Assembly: GCA_045605345.1 (NCBI GenBank)
Contig: JAZUPT010000016.1
Span: 4,363-68,362, forward strand
Reading direction: 5' to 3'
Origin: Candidatus Spyradenecus sp.
GTDB lineage: Bacteria > Verrucomicrobiota > Kiritimatiellia > RFP12 > DVOR01
Length of the DNA stretch: 64,000 nt
A program made the position numbers and the translations under genes. Every line of letters starts with the position of its first letter. Positions within the stretch are counted from its first letter, which is position 1. The notes below the pieces were generated by a model that did no database searches, was not told the DNA's origin, and saw only the letters and a program-made list of their open reading frames with translations. Positions 1 through 10,231 of the stretch are shown in pieces.

Positions 1-1
1 C

Positions 2-1147
2 GACTTTATCGGCGTACATGGCACCCTTTTCACCACACAAGCGGGCGAAAAGACGGTTGAAGTCGCAGAATGGCAGTTACTCTCCAAGGCCATCCGCCAA
101 CCGCCGGAAAAGTGGCATGGTCTTCAAGATACGGAAGAACGCTATCGCCGTCGCTACCTTGACTTGATGTCCAATCCTGAAAGTCGCGCACGCTTCGACA
201 AGCGCCACAAAATCATCCTTGGCATTCGCAACTACTTGACCTCGAAGGGCTTCATCGAAGTTGAGACCCCAATCATGCAGGGGCAAGCAGGTGGCGCAGC
301 GGCAAAGCCGTTCGTGACGCACCACAATGCGCTTGACCGCGAGATGGTGCTGCGCATCGCCCCGGAACTCTACTTGAAGCGTCTCATCGTGGGTGGCTTC
401 GACAAGGTGTTCGAACTCGGCAAGGACTTCCGCAACGAAGGCATTGACCGCACGCACAACCCCGAATTCACCGTCTTGGAAGTCTATGAGGCCTATGGCG
501 ATCGCACCTCCATGAAGAACATCATTGAAGGTCTTTTGCCCTACCTTTGCGACACCGTGCTCGGTACGCGTCAGGTGCCTTACGGCGAAAATGGCGAAAT
601 CATCAACTTCGAACCTCCCTACCGTGAAGTCACCCAGCAAGACCTCATCAAGGAAAAGATGGGCGAAGATTGGTTTGAACTTGACTACGAAACTGCTCGT
701 GCTCGTGCCGCCGCTGCAGGTCTGGAACTTGTGGAAGAAATCACCGATATGGTCACACTCTCCCACGAAGTCTACGACAAGATGATTGAAGGCACGCTCC
801 GTCAGCCCACCTTTGTAACACGTATTCCGAAGCAGTACGTGCCTCTTGCTAAGGCATGCCCAGATGATCCCTCGCTCGTGGACGTCTTTGAATTCGTTGT
901 GGCGGGTAAGGAACTCTGCCCTGGCTATACCGAACAGAATGACCCCGAAGCCCAGCGCGCCGCCTTCGCCAACCAGGTTGAAGCCGATGCTGAGCCCACC
1001 GACCAAGACTTCGTGGAAGCGCTTGAGTACGGCATGCCGCCCACGGGTGGCTTAGGCTTGGGCATTGACCGCCTCGTGATGTTCATGACTGGCGCCGACT
1101 GCATCCGTGACGTGATTCTCTTCCCGCAAATGAAGTCTGAGAAGTAA
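2..1147 (+). CDS. lysS: lysyl-tRNA synthetase, class II (5' end lies upstream of window)
   Basis: The frame is open from base 2. The translation DFIGVHGTLFTTQAGEKTVEV...RYLDLMSNPESRARFDKRHKI...FIEVETPIMQ...GGAAAKPF matches the LysRS catalytic core and ends GIDRLVMFMTGADCIRDVILFPQMKSEK. The first ATG at 164 is internal. Confidence 0.9.
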   Translation, partial: DFIGVHGTLFTTQAGEKTVEVAEWQLLSKAIRQPPEKWHGLQDTEERYRRRYLDLMSNPESRARFDKRHKIILGIRNYLTSKGFIEVETPIMQGQAGGAAAKPFVTHHNALDREMVLRIAPELYLKRLIVGGFDKVFELGKDFRNEGIDRTHNPEFTVLEVYEAYGDRTSMKNIIEGLLPYLCDTVLGTRQVPYGENGEIINFEPPYREVTQQDLIKEKMGEDWFELDYETARARAAAAGLELVEEITDMVTLSHEVYDKMIEGTLRQPTFVTRIPKQYVPLAKACPDDPSLVDVFEFVVAGKELCPGYTEQNDPEAQRAAFANQVEADAEPTDQDFVEALEYGMPPTGGLGLGIDRLVMFMTGADCIRDVILFPQMKSEK

Positions 1148-1171
1148 ATCTCCATACACGGACTAAACTAC

Positions 1172-1203
1172 AAAAACGGGCACCCACACGGGCGTCCGTT
1201 TTT
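1172..1203 (+). terminator. rho-independent terminator after lysS
   Basis: aaaaacggGC..GCgtccgttttt forms a ~10-bp stem with an A-tract before and T-run after, immediately 3' of the lysS stop. Confidence 0.5.
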
Positions 1204-1289
1204 GTTTACGCTTACGCCATCTTCCTTTGCTAAAAAATCCCACTCAACCCCCTCTTTTAATAGCCTTCTAACATTTCATTCGCATCATT

Positions 1290-1300
1290 TTGTGTTACAA
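1290..1300 (+). promoter_or_regulatory. putative extended -10 element (tgtgtTACAAT) for the antiporter gene
   Basis: TGn + TACAAT lies ~20-45 nt upstream of candidate start codons. The same TGnTAtAcT pattern recurs upstream of thrC, pyrF, the MarC gene and the 23120 gene. Confidence 0.3.
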
Positions 1301-1315
1301 TGACAATAGTCGTGT

Positions 1316-3433
1316 TTGGATATTCCTTTTGACAAGGACACTACCATGGCAGAAACGTTTTCTTTCTTTGCTGATCTCAGCATTACCATCGCAGTCGCTG
1401 CGGGCGTTGGCATCCTCTTTTCGCGCTTCAATCTGCCCCTCACCGTGGGTTATATCCTCGCAGGCATCATCATTGGTCCCCACCTTGGTCCAGCGCTCAT
1501 TCAGAACAGCACAAGTATTCAAATGCTCTCTGACTTCGGTGTGATGTTCTTAATGTTCTCCATCGGATTAGGATTCAGTTTCAGAAAAGTCCGCCAACTC
1601 GGAGGACGCGTCGTCTTCCCTGCCATTTGGGACGTCACCTTTATGGTTGTAGGCGGCTTTGTCACAGGCAAACTCTTAGGTTGGGGCAACCTTGAATGCT
1701 TCTTACTCGGCCTCATCCTCTGCGATAGCTCCACCTCCATCGCAGCCAAGACCTTTGAAAGTTTAGGATGGACCCAACAACGGTTTGCCAACAATACTTT
1801 CGCCATCGCGCTCATTGAAGACGTCCTTGCCATTCTCCTCATCGCTGTCCTCAATGGCGTAAGCGGAGGCACTGCAAACGGGAGTAGTATTGACTTCTGG
1901 GGCACCGCGAGCATCATCGGCAAGCAGATGGGCATCTTAGCACTCTTTCTCGTAGGCGTCACCGTCTTCGGCATTCTCTTAGTGCCTCGCCTTATGAACT
2001 ACGTCTCGCGTCAATTCGGTGATGAAATCGTCTTGATGACGGCGCTTGGTCTCTGCTTCGGCGTCTCCTGCTTGGCCCAAGAAGGCCTGGGGCTCTCCCT
2101 TGTGGTGGGTGCCTTCCTTGTTGGTGCCGTGGTCGCCGAGGCGCAAGCGCGTCGGCGTATTGAACGCATTGTACGCCCTGTCACCGACCTCTTCTCCTCC
2201 GTCTTCTTCGTTTCAGTCGGTCTTATGCTTGATCCACGCGTCATCTTGGCGAACATCGGGATTATCCTCTTCATCACAATTGTTATGATTCTTCTCAAAC
2301 TCGCCAACGGCTTTTTCGCCTGCACCCTCGTCGGTGAACACCCCAAAGACGCCTTTAAGACTGGCATCAGCCTCGGTCAGGTGGCAGAATTTTCCTTCAT
2401 CATTGCAGGTATCGCCATGGCAGGTAAGATGAGCGACCAACCCCTCTACCAAATCGCTGCTGGCATCGCCCTCCTCTGCACCGCGACCAATCCCTATCTG
2501 CTGCGCTACTCCGACAAACTCTACGCCCTCGCTTCACGCTTCGCAGGCCCCAAAGTCCGTAACTTCTTCTTCGCCTACAAGTCTGCGCTCTACGATATGA
2601 ACCGCACCCAAGACGAAGGCGGACGCTCGGGTGTGGCGCAAATTCGCACCTATGCCATTCAAATCGGCATTAGCTTGGCAATCATTGCCATCCTCTTCGG
2701 TGCAGTCTACTTCGTTGCACAAATTCCCACAGTTCACAACTTTCTCCTCAATCTCGACACCTATTGGCAACCTGCCCGCTTCAAAATCCTCTGGAGTGGC
2801 CTCCTCTGCAGTGCAGTAGCGATGTTAATTACCTCACCAGGCTTTTGGACTGCACAACACCTTTGGCGCGAACTCACCGACTACATCATGGAGACTGCAC
2901 TCTCTCGCTCCACAGCACGCATTCAACACGTCCGCGCGCTCGTACGGTTTTTGCTCACGGTGGCAGGTTGGGCAGGACTTCTCTGCTATGCATTCCTCCT
3001 CTGTTCCACCTTCATTAGCAATATTTGGGTCCTTGCCGTCGTCATCTATGGCGCCTCCCTCGTAATGGTGTGTTGCTCCAAACGCTTCAAGCACAACTAC
3101 CGCATCTCCCACGCAGAATTAGCGCGCGCCTTTGACATTGGCGCGCTCCCCTGCGAAGACCCTGTCAACATTGGTGAAGTGCTCGCCGTACACACCGAGA
3201 CCATCGTCGTACCACGCTTTGCTCTTGCTGATGGCAAGACCCTTGGCGAACTCAATCTACGTGGCATTACAGGTGCGGCCGTCATCTCTGTCTCCATTCC
3301 TGGCGAACCACCTGTCGTTTCTCCTGGACGCGACACGCGCCTCGTCGCAGGAGCCTCCCTCGTGGTCGTGGGTTCGGACAATGAAATTTTACTGGCTACC
3401 GATTTGCTCACTTGCCCTGCGCAAGACGCCTAA
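1316..3433 (+). CDS. CPA2-family monovalent cation:proton antiporter (KefB-like) with C-terminal TrkA-C/RCK_C domain
   Basis: Polytopic membrane N-terminus (FSRFNLPLTVGYILAGIIIGPHLGP, FLMFSIGLGF). The C-terminal soluble part VNIGEVLAVHTETIVVPRFALADGKTLGELNLRGITGAAVISV...LVVVGSDNEI is TrkA-C-like. The true start may be the ATG at 1346 (MAETFSFF). Confidence 0.75.
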   Translation: MDIPFDKDTTMAETFSFFADLSITIAVAAGVGILFSRFNLPLTVGYILAGIIIGPHLGPALIQNSTSIQMLSDFGVMFLMFSIGLGFSFRKVRQLGGRVVFPAIWDVTFMVVGGFVTGKLLGWGNLECFLLGLILCDSSTSIAAKTFESLGWTQQRFANNTFAIALIEDVLAILLIAVLNGVSGGTANGSSIDFWGTASIIGKQMGILALFLVGVTVFGILLVPRLMNYVSRQFGDEIVLMTALGLCFGVSCLAQEGLGLSLVVGAFLVGAVVAEAQARRRIERIVRPVTDLFSSVFFVSVGLMLDPRVILANIGIILFITIVMILLKLANGFFACTLVGEHPKDAFKTGISLGQVAEFSFIIAGIAMAGKMSDQPLYQIAAGIALLCTATNPYLLRYSDKLYALASRFAGPKVRNFFFAYKSALYDMNRTQDEGGRSGVAQIRTYAIQIGISLAIIAILFGAVYFVAQIPTVHNFLLNLDTYWQPARFKILWSGLLCSAVAMLITSPGFWTAQHLWRELTDYIMETALSRSTARIQHVRALVRFLLTVAGWAGLLCYAFLLCSTFISNIWVLAVVIYGASLVMVCCSKRFKHNYRISHAELARAFDIGALPCEDPVNIGEVLAVHTETIVVPRFALADGKTLGELNLRGITGAAVISVSIPGEPPVVSPGRDTRLVAGASLVVVGSDNEILLATDLLTCPAQDA

Positions 3434-3490
3434 AAAATGCCTTTTTCCCGTAAGAAGACCGTATTCTTTTCCCTTTATTTACCTTAAATT

Positions 3491-3499
3491 TGCTATACT
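3491..3499 (+). promoter_or_regulatory. putative extended -10 (TGCTATACT) for thrC
   Basis: tgcTATACT lies 33 nt upstream of the thrC ATG, and an AAGGAG Shine-Dalgarno at 3520-3525 precedes the start. Confidence 0.35.
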
Positions 3500-3531
3500 G
3501 AACATGCTAATTTGACCTTAAGGAGTTATCA

Positions 3532-4953
3532 ATGGACTACATCTCCACGCGCGGACTTGCCCCAAAAGTTACCGGCACCCAAGCATTACTCAATGGCATC
3601 GCCCCCGATGGCGGCCTCTATATCCCCGCGCAACCCCTCGCCCCATTACCCGCTGGCGCAGATTTTAAGACCACCATGGAAGCCTTGCTTGAGCGCTTCT
3701 TTGACGATATCCCCGAAGCCGTTCGCAAAGATGCCATCGCTCAAGCGCTCTCCCGTTTCCGTGACGCAGAGATTGTCCCCCTCAAAACCTTTGACAATCT
3801 CTCCTTCCTCGAACTCTTCCACGGTCCGACCTATGCCTTCAAGGATGTCGCCCTTACGCTTTTGCCTCACTTGATGCGCTATGCAGCACAGGTCTCTGGC
3901 ATCAATCGCGTCTGCGTCCTTACTGCCACCAGTGGTGACACTGGTAGCGCCGCAATGCGTGGTTTCGCCGATATCCCTGGCACCTCCGTCCTCGTCTTCT
4001 ACCCGAAAGTCGGCACCTCTGAGATCCAACGTCGCCAGATGGTTTGTTGCCCTGGCGGAAATGTCTCGGCTTGTGCAATTGAGGGCAACTTCGATGACGC
4101 GCAGGCTGCCGTGAAGGCCGCCTTTGCCGACCCCGTACTTGCCGACCGTGCCCGCGCCGCAGGTTGCCTCCTCTCTTCGGCCAATAGCATTAATATCGGT
4201 CGCCTCTTCCCGCAGATTTGCTACTACCTTGACTGCGCACGCCGTTTGGGTCGTCCCTTTGACGTGGTTGTCCCCACTGGTAACTTCGGCAACATCCTCG
4301 CCGCACACTACGCTTGGCAGCTCGGTGCCCCGATTGAACGTCTCACCGTTGCCTCTAATGCCAATCGTGTCGTCTGCGACTTCGTCCGAACAGGTTGCTA
4401 CGATTCCCGCCGTGAATTCCGCATTACCAATTCGCCCTCGATGGATATCCTCGTCTCGTCGAATGTCGAACGCCTCTTGTGGTTGCTCTCCAAGGGCAAT
4501 GATGTGGAAGTGCGCACATGGGAATCCCAACTGAAGGCCGAAGGTCACTTCGCCCTTTCGGGTTATCCTTTGCACGACTTGAAGACCAAGTTCGCCTCGG
4601 GATGGGCCACGCCGGAAGAAACCGAAGCCGCCATCGCCGACATTTGGCGCAACTATCACTACCTCGCCGACCCCCACACGGCAATCGGTTGGAAGGTAAA
4701 TCGCGATCTCCCCATGACTGGACGCCCCACCGTCATTGCCGCCACGGCATCGCCTTGGAAGTTCCCTGTCACGATGCTTCGCGCACTCACAGGCAAGACC
4801 ATTTCTGATGAATTCGCTGCTGCAGGTGGCCTCGCCGCCTTGACAGGCGAAACGCCGGCCTTGGTGGACCTCAAGAATGCGCCCATCTTGCATGACGCAG
4901 TCACCTTCCGCGATACGGTGCCCGAAACCATTTGCCGCACCTTCTCGCTCTAA
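3532..4953 (+). CDS. thrC: threonine synthase
   Basis: MDYISTRG...ALLNGIAPDGGLYIP matches the threonine synthase N-terminus, with a PLP-fold body (FKDVALT, TSGDTGSAA). A strong RBS aaggag lies 7 nt upstream. Confidence 0.9.
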   Translation: MDYISTRGLAPKVTGTQALLNGIAPDGGLYIPAQPLAPLPAGADFKTTMEALLERFFDDIPEAVRKDAIAQALSRFRDAEIVPLKTFDNLSFLELFHGPTYAFKDVALTLLPHLMRYAAQVSGINRVCVLTATSGDTGSAAMRGFADIPGTSVLVFYPKVGTSEIQRRQMVCCPGGNVSACAIEGNFDDAQAAVKAAFADPVLADRARAAGCLLSSANSINIGRLFPQICYYLDCARRLGRPFDVVVPTGNFGNILAAHYAWQLGAPIERLTVASNANRVVCDFVRTGCYDSRREFRITNSPSMDILVSSNVERLLWLLSKGNDVEVRTWESQLKAEGHFALSGYPLHDLKTKFASGWATPEETEAAIADIWRNYHYLADPHTAIGWKVNRDLPMTGRPTVIAATASPWKFPVTMLRALTGKTISDEFAAAGGLAALTGETPALVDLKNAPILHDAVTFRDTVPETICRTFSL

Positions 4954-4963
4954 TTGTTTAGCA

Positions 4964-4991
4964 CCTGCCGATTCGTGCTTGAATCGGCAGG
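4964..4991 (+). terminator. perfect 11-bp stem-loop 3' of thrC (putative terminator, no T-run)
   Basis: cctgccgattc-gtgctt-gaatcggcagg lies 10 nt after the thrC stop. Confidence 0.35.
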
Positions 4992-5072
4992 GCGAAAGCT
5001 TTCTGCCGACACGCACGAAGTGAAGGTCACATGTTGGCCTAACATGCTTGAAGCGTTTCCAACTGCGCCCGT

Positions 5073-7613
5073 ATGATTCTCCATCTGCGCCACGAGCCCA
5101 ATCACCTCTCTCTCACAGGAGAGGCGTTTGGGGTTATGGTTTCAGATGAAGCCTTGCGCCCTGCCCTCGCCTTTCTCTTCCAAGGATGGCGCGAAGTTGT
5201 CTTGGAAGGGCGTGGCGTTTTGCAGGTTTTGCAACTCATCGCACGCGGCGCCACCTCTCCTACCCTTGTTTATGGCAATGATATCCGCGAAGCGGCCGCA
5301 CTCTTTCCCATCATGCTCCGCACCATCTCTGCGGGATGCGTTGCGCCAATTGTTGAAAATGGCGAGGCACGTTGGCGCGCGACCGTCATTCCCAAAGATG
5401 CCAATATCGCCCTATTCCAAACGCTGACCGACCTCTGGATGCGCACCACCTCATCCACGGTACTGACGCGTGCGCAAGCCATCAAGGGAAAATACTACTC
5501 CCCCGACGACGCCTTTCTGACCGCACTTCGCTCGCCAGATGCCACGATTGCGCTTTCCTCCGAACCGCTTGCGACAGAGTTAGGGCTCTGGGCCGCACCC
5601 CTCTTTGAAGGCGGACGCTCTGCCTTACCCTTGATTCCTCATCGCGATGCGCGCGGATGGTGGATTGACTTTGCCGTCAATGGCTCCCGCCCTGGCAAAT
5701 TCCCCTCTGTCACCAAATTACGCTTGTTAGGGCAAGCGGTTGCCGTCGCACCGATGTTGGGCCTCCCCCAACCTTGGAATGATGCCTTCTTCGCGCGTTT
5801 TTTACGTGAAGCCGTGCCCGTGCTCCGTGCCGCCGCATTTACTGTTGAGCTGCCACAAGCCCTCGAAGTACACGTGCCCGAACTGCATGAGACGGCGACG
5901 GGCATTGAAGATGATGCGGTAAAAATCGTCCGAATGATTCGCTTTGGCGATATTGAGTTGAGCTTGGAAGAGGCGCAAGCAATTGTTGATGCGGGCGAGC
6001 CCCTCGTTTTCATCAATGAGTCATGGCATTGTATTGACCTACAAGCGTTAAAGCGAATCCTGGACAATCTTGGCCCCGAGACGCTCTCTGCACGACGAGC
6101 CCTCCCGCTCCTCCTGGCTGGTGCACTACGCATTGCCCCAGGCGCGCAAGATGTGCAGGATTTCTTGCGTGAAATGACGCAACCTCCCGAAGGCGAATTA
6201 CCCCTCCGCGAGGTCCTTCGCCCCTACCAGGCACAGGGGGTCTGTTGGTTAATGCAAGCCGCCGCACACGGATTGGGCGTCTGTCTCGCCGATGATATGG
6301 GCCTTGGTAAAACGTTGCAGTCAATTGCCTTCCTCTTGTCCCGTCCAGGCCCAGTTCTCATCGTTGCGCCCCTCACGGTCTTACCTGTGTGGGAACGTGA
6401 ATTAGCGCACTGGGCACCCGAGGTGAAGGTCTTGCGTCACGATGGCCCCGAACGACTCCATGGCGAGAGCTTCATCAAGTACGCAAGCGCCCACCAGGTC
6501 ACATTGACAGCCTATGGTTATCTTTGGCGTGACTATTCCACCTTGCGTCGTGTTCATTGGCAGACCTTAATCCTTGACGAAGCGCAGCAAATTAAAAATC
6601 CACACACGCGTCAATCGCAAGCGGCGCGTTCGCTTCCTGCAAATTTCCGCCTTGCGCTCACGGGTACGCCGATTGAAAATAAATTGGAAGACCTCTGGAG
6701 CATCCTTGACTTCTTGAATCCAGAACTCTTCGGCTCCAAGCGTGAATTCACTGAACGCTATCGTGATCCCACGCGCTTACGCCGTGCAGTCTCGCACTTC
6801 CTCTTGCGCCGTCTGAAATCTGACCCAGGTATTCTCGCCGAATTGCCACCGAAGATCCAGCAGGAACACTATGCACCCTTAACCAGTGCTCAATCCGCAG
6901 AATACGATTTAGCTTTGGCAGAATACGCTCGCGACTCGCGCAATGGCGAAGCCTCTGGTCGCACAGGTGCAGTTTTGGCATTGCTCACACGCCTAAAGCA
7001 GATCTGCAATGGTGTAGAAGTCGAGGCAGACCACGGTGCAGAGTTCAGTTCGGGTAAGCTGGATGTCCTCATTCCCTTGTTGGATGAAATTCTTGAGCGT
7101 GGCGAAAGTCTCCTCATCTTTACGCAATTTGCTCGCGTGGGGGCACGACTCCAAACCCTCCTCACCGAACGCTTTGGTGAACGCGTTCCCTTCATTCACG
7201 GCGAACTCTCAGCCAAACAACGGCGCGCAGAGATAGAACACTTCAATGAAACCCCTCGCCCAGGGGTCTTCATCCTCTCCCTCCGCACGGGTGCATTTGG
7301 TCTCACGCTCACAAAGGCCAACCACGTCATCCACTTGGATCGTTGGTGGAATCCTGCCGTTGAGGCGCAAGCGACCGACCGTGTCCACCGCATCGGCCAA
7401 AAGCGCACCGTGGTGGTGCACCACCTTATCTGCCGTGGCACGTTGGAGGACAACATCTCCAGAATGTTGAATGAAAAACGCTTCCTCGCAGAAACCGTGG
7501 TTGCCCCCACCCCTGCCGCCTTGTTGGCGCGCTTGCCACAGGACACCTTGATGGGCATCTTGCGTCGGAATAACGGCCAAGCCCCTACGTTGCCACCCAC
7601 ACCTTCGCGCTAA
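5073..7613 (+). CDS. SNF2/Swi2-family DNA-dependent ATPase/helicase with ~400-aa N-terminal domain of unknown function
   Basis: Motif I [16 protein letters not shown], motif II [37 protein letters not shown], and helicase-C motifs [44 protein letters not shown]. The start codon is uncertain (alternative ATG at 5137). Confidence 0.8.
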   Translation: [846 protein letters not shown]

Positions 7614-7636
7614 CGCATCCCCACAGGAGCTTTCTT

Positions 7637-8944
7637 ATGCAGACACTTGATTGGGACCAACTCCTAAATGACAGCCGCCTGCGCACGGATGAAGCGGGCA
7701 AGCCAACTTGTTATCATCAGCCTGAGACGCCTCCACGTACCCCTGCAGAGGCAGACATCCAGCGCATCATCTTCTCTTCTCCTTTCCGACGTCTCGCTGG
7801 CAAGACACAAGTTCACCCCTTGGCAAAGGTGGACTATGTCCACAATCGTTTGACGCACTCTTTAGAGGTTGCTGAAACTGGCGCAGGCTTGGCCCAACGT
7901 CTCGCCGCGCGTTTATCCCTCTCTCCCTCACAAATCTCCGCCTGTTCACTCCATGTAAAGGCAGCCTGCCTCGGCCATGACATTGGCAATCCACCCTATG
8001 GTCACGCGGGTGAATACGCCATTCAATCTTGGGTAGAAGAACATCTGGAAGCACTCGGAAATTTACTCGCCGAAGATGCCTCCAAGCCCAATTCCCCCTC
8101 CTTGGCGGCTCTCCTTGAAGATTTCCGTAAATTTGATGGGAATGCACAAGCCTTTCGCCTCTTGAGCCACCCAGACCCCAGCGATGGCGCCTATTTTCGT
8201 CTCACCTGTGCGAGCTTAGGGGCATTGATTAAATATCCGCGCTGCGCCGTCGACACCCCTACCGCAAAATTCTCTTGCTTCCAAACCGCGCGACCGTGTT
8301 TTGATTGTGTCACCACTGCGCTCGGGCTCAATGGATCCGATGGCGTCCATCGTCACCCGCTTTCCTATCTCACCGAAATCGCTGATGATATCTGCTACTG
8401 CGTCACCGACTGCGAAGATGCGGTACTCATGGGAATTTTGGACGAACGTCTTGTGCGCGATTGGTATCTCCAACTCCTTGAAGATCCCAACAGTGTCTCC
8501 CTCAAGCCTGGTGCCACCGTCTCCTTCTTACGCGCAAAGGTGATTGGGGATTTGATGCACTGCTTCACAGAAGACCTCGTACGCGCCTTCCAAACGCCTG
8601 AATCCCTCGCCACCTTTGAGCAGACCTCACCCACGTGGCAACGCCTTCAGACGTTAAAGCGCAACTACAAAATCGTCTTTGATGACGCCGCCAAGGTGCG
8701 CAAAGAACTCAATGCCCAAGCGCACTTCCACCACGTCTTGGACACCTTTTTCGCCGTTACGCGTAATGTCCGCACCCAACGCCCCACTTACAGTGAAAGC
8801 CTCTTGCGCAAATATACCTTTGGCGAGGCATTTATTGCCGCTCATCGTGAAAAGCCCTTCCTCTGGTGGTTGCACACCATGTTTGACTTTGTCACTGGCA
8901 TGACCGATGCCTATTTACATCGTTTTAGCGAGGGATTGCGTTAA
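7637..8944 (+). CDS. dgt: dGTP triphosphohydrolase-like HD-domain protein (Dgt family)
   Basis: VDYVHNRLTHSLEVAETG...LGHDIGNPPYGHAGE matches the HD/dGTPase signature. It lies 23 nt downstream of the SNF2 gene on the same strand. Confidence 0.8.
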   Translation: MQTLDWDQLLNDSRLRTDEAGKPTCYHQPETPPRTPAEADIQRIIFSSPFRRLAGKTQVHPLAKVDYVHNRLTHSLEVAETGAGLAQRLAARLSLSPSQISACSLHVKAACLGHDIGNPPYGHAGEYAIQSWVEEHLEALGNLLAEDASKPNSPSLAALLEDFRKFDGNAQAFRLLSHPDPSDGAYFRLTCASLGALIKYPRCAVDTPTAKFSCFQTARPCFDCVTTALGLNGSDGVHRHPLSYLTEIADDICYCVTDCEDAVLMGILDERLVRDWYLQLLEDPNSVSLKPGATVSFLRAKVIGDLMHCFTEDLVRAFQTPESLATFEQTSPTWQRLQTLKRNYKIVFDDAAKVRKELNAQAHFHHVLDTFFAVTRNVRTQRPTYSESLLRKYTFGEAFIAAHREKPFLWWLHTMFDFVTGMTDAYLHRFSEGLR

Positions 8945-9036
8945 GGCCTTACGCCACTTTGCCCAATAAAACAATCGCGGAAGCCAAGGCCTCCGCGATT
9001 CGTCTTTGATGATGCATCTTAGCGTGCAGATGCAAA

Positions 9037-10230
9037 TTAGTCCTTCGCCAAACCGCCCGTCGACGTTTCCTTGTAGAGATTCGGCAAGTCATGCCCCGTC
9101 TCCAACATCGTCCGGACAACCTTGTCAAAGGAGATATTGTGTCGGCCATCAGAAAGACACGCATACATATTCGCATCCATTGCACGCGCCGCCGCGAAGG
9201 CATTGCGTTCAATACAAGGAATCTGCACTAACCCGCATACGGGGTCGCACGTCAAGCCCAAGTGGTGCTCTAAGCCCATTTCAGCGGCGTACTCAATCTG
9301 ATTCGGCGACCCACCAAAGATCTGATTCACCGCCGCAGCCGCCATTGCGCACGCCACACCAATTTCCCCCTGGCATCCCACTTCAGCGCCAGAGATGGAA
9401 GCATTATGCTTCACAATCGCACCTATCAGACCTGCCGTAGCCAACGCACGAATGATGCGCTTCTCTGGCACCTCATGGTGTTTGTAAAGATAGTAGAGCA
9501 CCGCCGGCAGAACGCCCGCACTGCCGCAGGTGGGTGCCGTAACAATCAAGCCCGTGCCAGCCGCGTTCTCTTCCGAGACCGCGAGTGCATAGGCGAAGAG
9601 CAGACCGCGTCCGCGCAAGCCTTCACGCATCCCTTCTGCACGGCGAAAATAGGCGCTGGCCTTGCGTTGCAGGCCCAAGCCACCCGGCAATACGCCCTCT
9701 GCTTCAAGGCCACGCTCCACGGCATCACGCATCACTGCCCAGACTTCACGCAAATGGTCAAAGACTGGCTGTCCTTCATACTCGAGCACGTACTCCCAAA
9801 AGATGCGCCCCGTCTCACCATACCACTTCAAAATACCGTCCATGGTGGTGTACGGATAGGCCACCGGCGTCACCTTTGTTTGGCCAAGCCCCTCACTGAG
9901 GAAGCCGCCGCCGATGCTGTACACTTCCCATGCAGTAATGGTCGTGCCGCCATCGGTCAGTCCTTCAAACTTCATCCCATTCGGGTGAAACGGCAGGAAG
10001 GTGTTGGGCTCCCAAACGATCTCCGTACGTTCCGCGCCGAGCACATCGAGTATCGCCTTATCGGTGAGGTGACCTTTACCTGTTGCAGCCAATGACCCAT
10101 AGAGCGTCACGCGGAATTTCACCGCTTGCGGAGCGCGCTTTAAGAAGTCCAGCGCTGCACGGCGTGGTCCCATGGTATGCGAACTCGAGGGGCCGATGCC
10201 GATTTTGAAGATGTCTTTCACCGAATCCAT
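9037..10230 (-). CDS. sdaA: L-serine dehydratase, iron-sulfur dependent, single chain
   Basis: The N-terminal IFKIGIGPSSSHTMGP motif, the central GSAGVLPAVL and the C-terminal GGEVGCQGEIGVACAMAAA match the SdaA/SdaB family. Confidence 0.85.
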   Translation of the reverse strand: MDSVKDIFKIGIGPSSSHTMGPRRAALDFLKRAPQAVKFRVTLYGSLAATGKGHLTDKAILDVLGAERTEIVWEPNTFLPFHPNGMKFEGLTDGGTTITAWEVYSIGGGFLSEGLGQTKVTPVAYPYTTMDGILKWYGETGRIFWEYVLEYEGQPVFDHLREVWAVMRDAVERGLEAEGVLPGGLGLQRKASAYFRRAEGMREGLRGRGLLFAYALAVSEENAAGTGLIVTAPTCGSAGVLPAVLYYLYKHHEVPEKRIIRALATAGLIGAIVKHNASISGAEVGCQGEIGVACAMAAAAVNQIFGGSPNQIEYAAEMGLEHHLGLTCDPVCGLVQIPCIERNAFAAARAMDANMYACLSDGRHNISFDKVVRTMLETGHDLPNLYKETSTGGLAKD

Positions 10231-10231
10231 C

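Noticed and set aside
3646-5016. 456-aa minus-strand ORF covering thrC
   Set aside because: It is antisense to a clearly identified threonine synthase. The translation is Gly/Arg/Val-rich and low-complexity, typical of a spurious antisense frame in GC-rich coding DNA. There is no RBS or motif.
9406-10095. 229-aa plus-strand ORF
   Set aside because: Antisense to sdaA. Arginine-rich and low-complexity.
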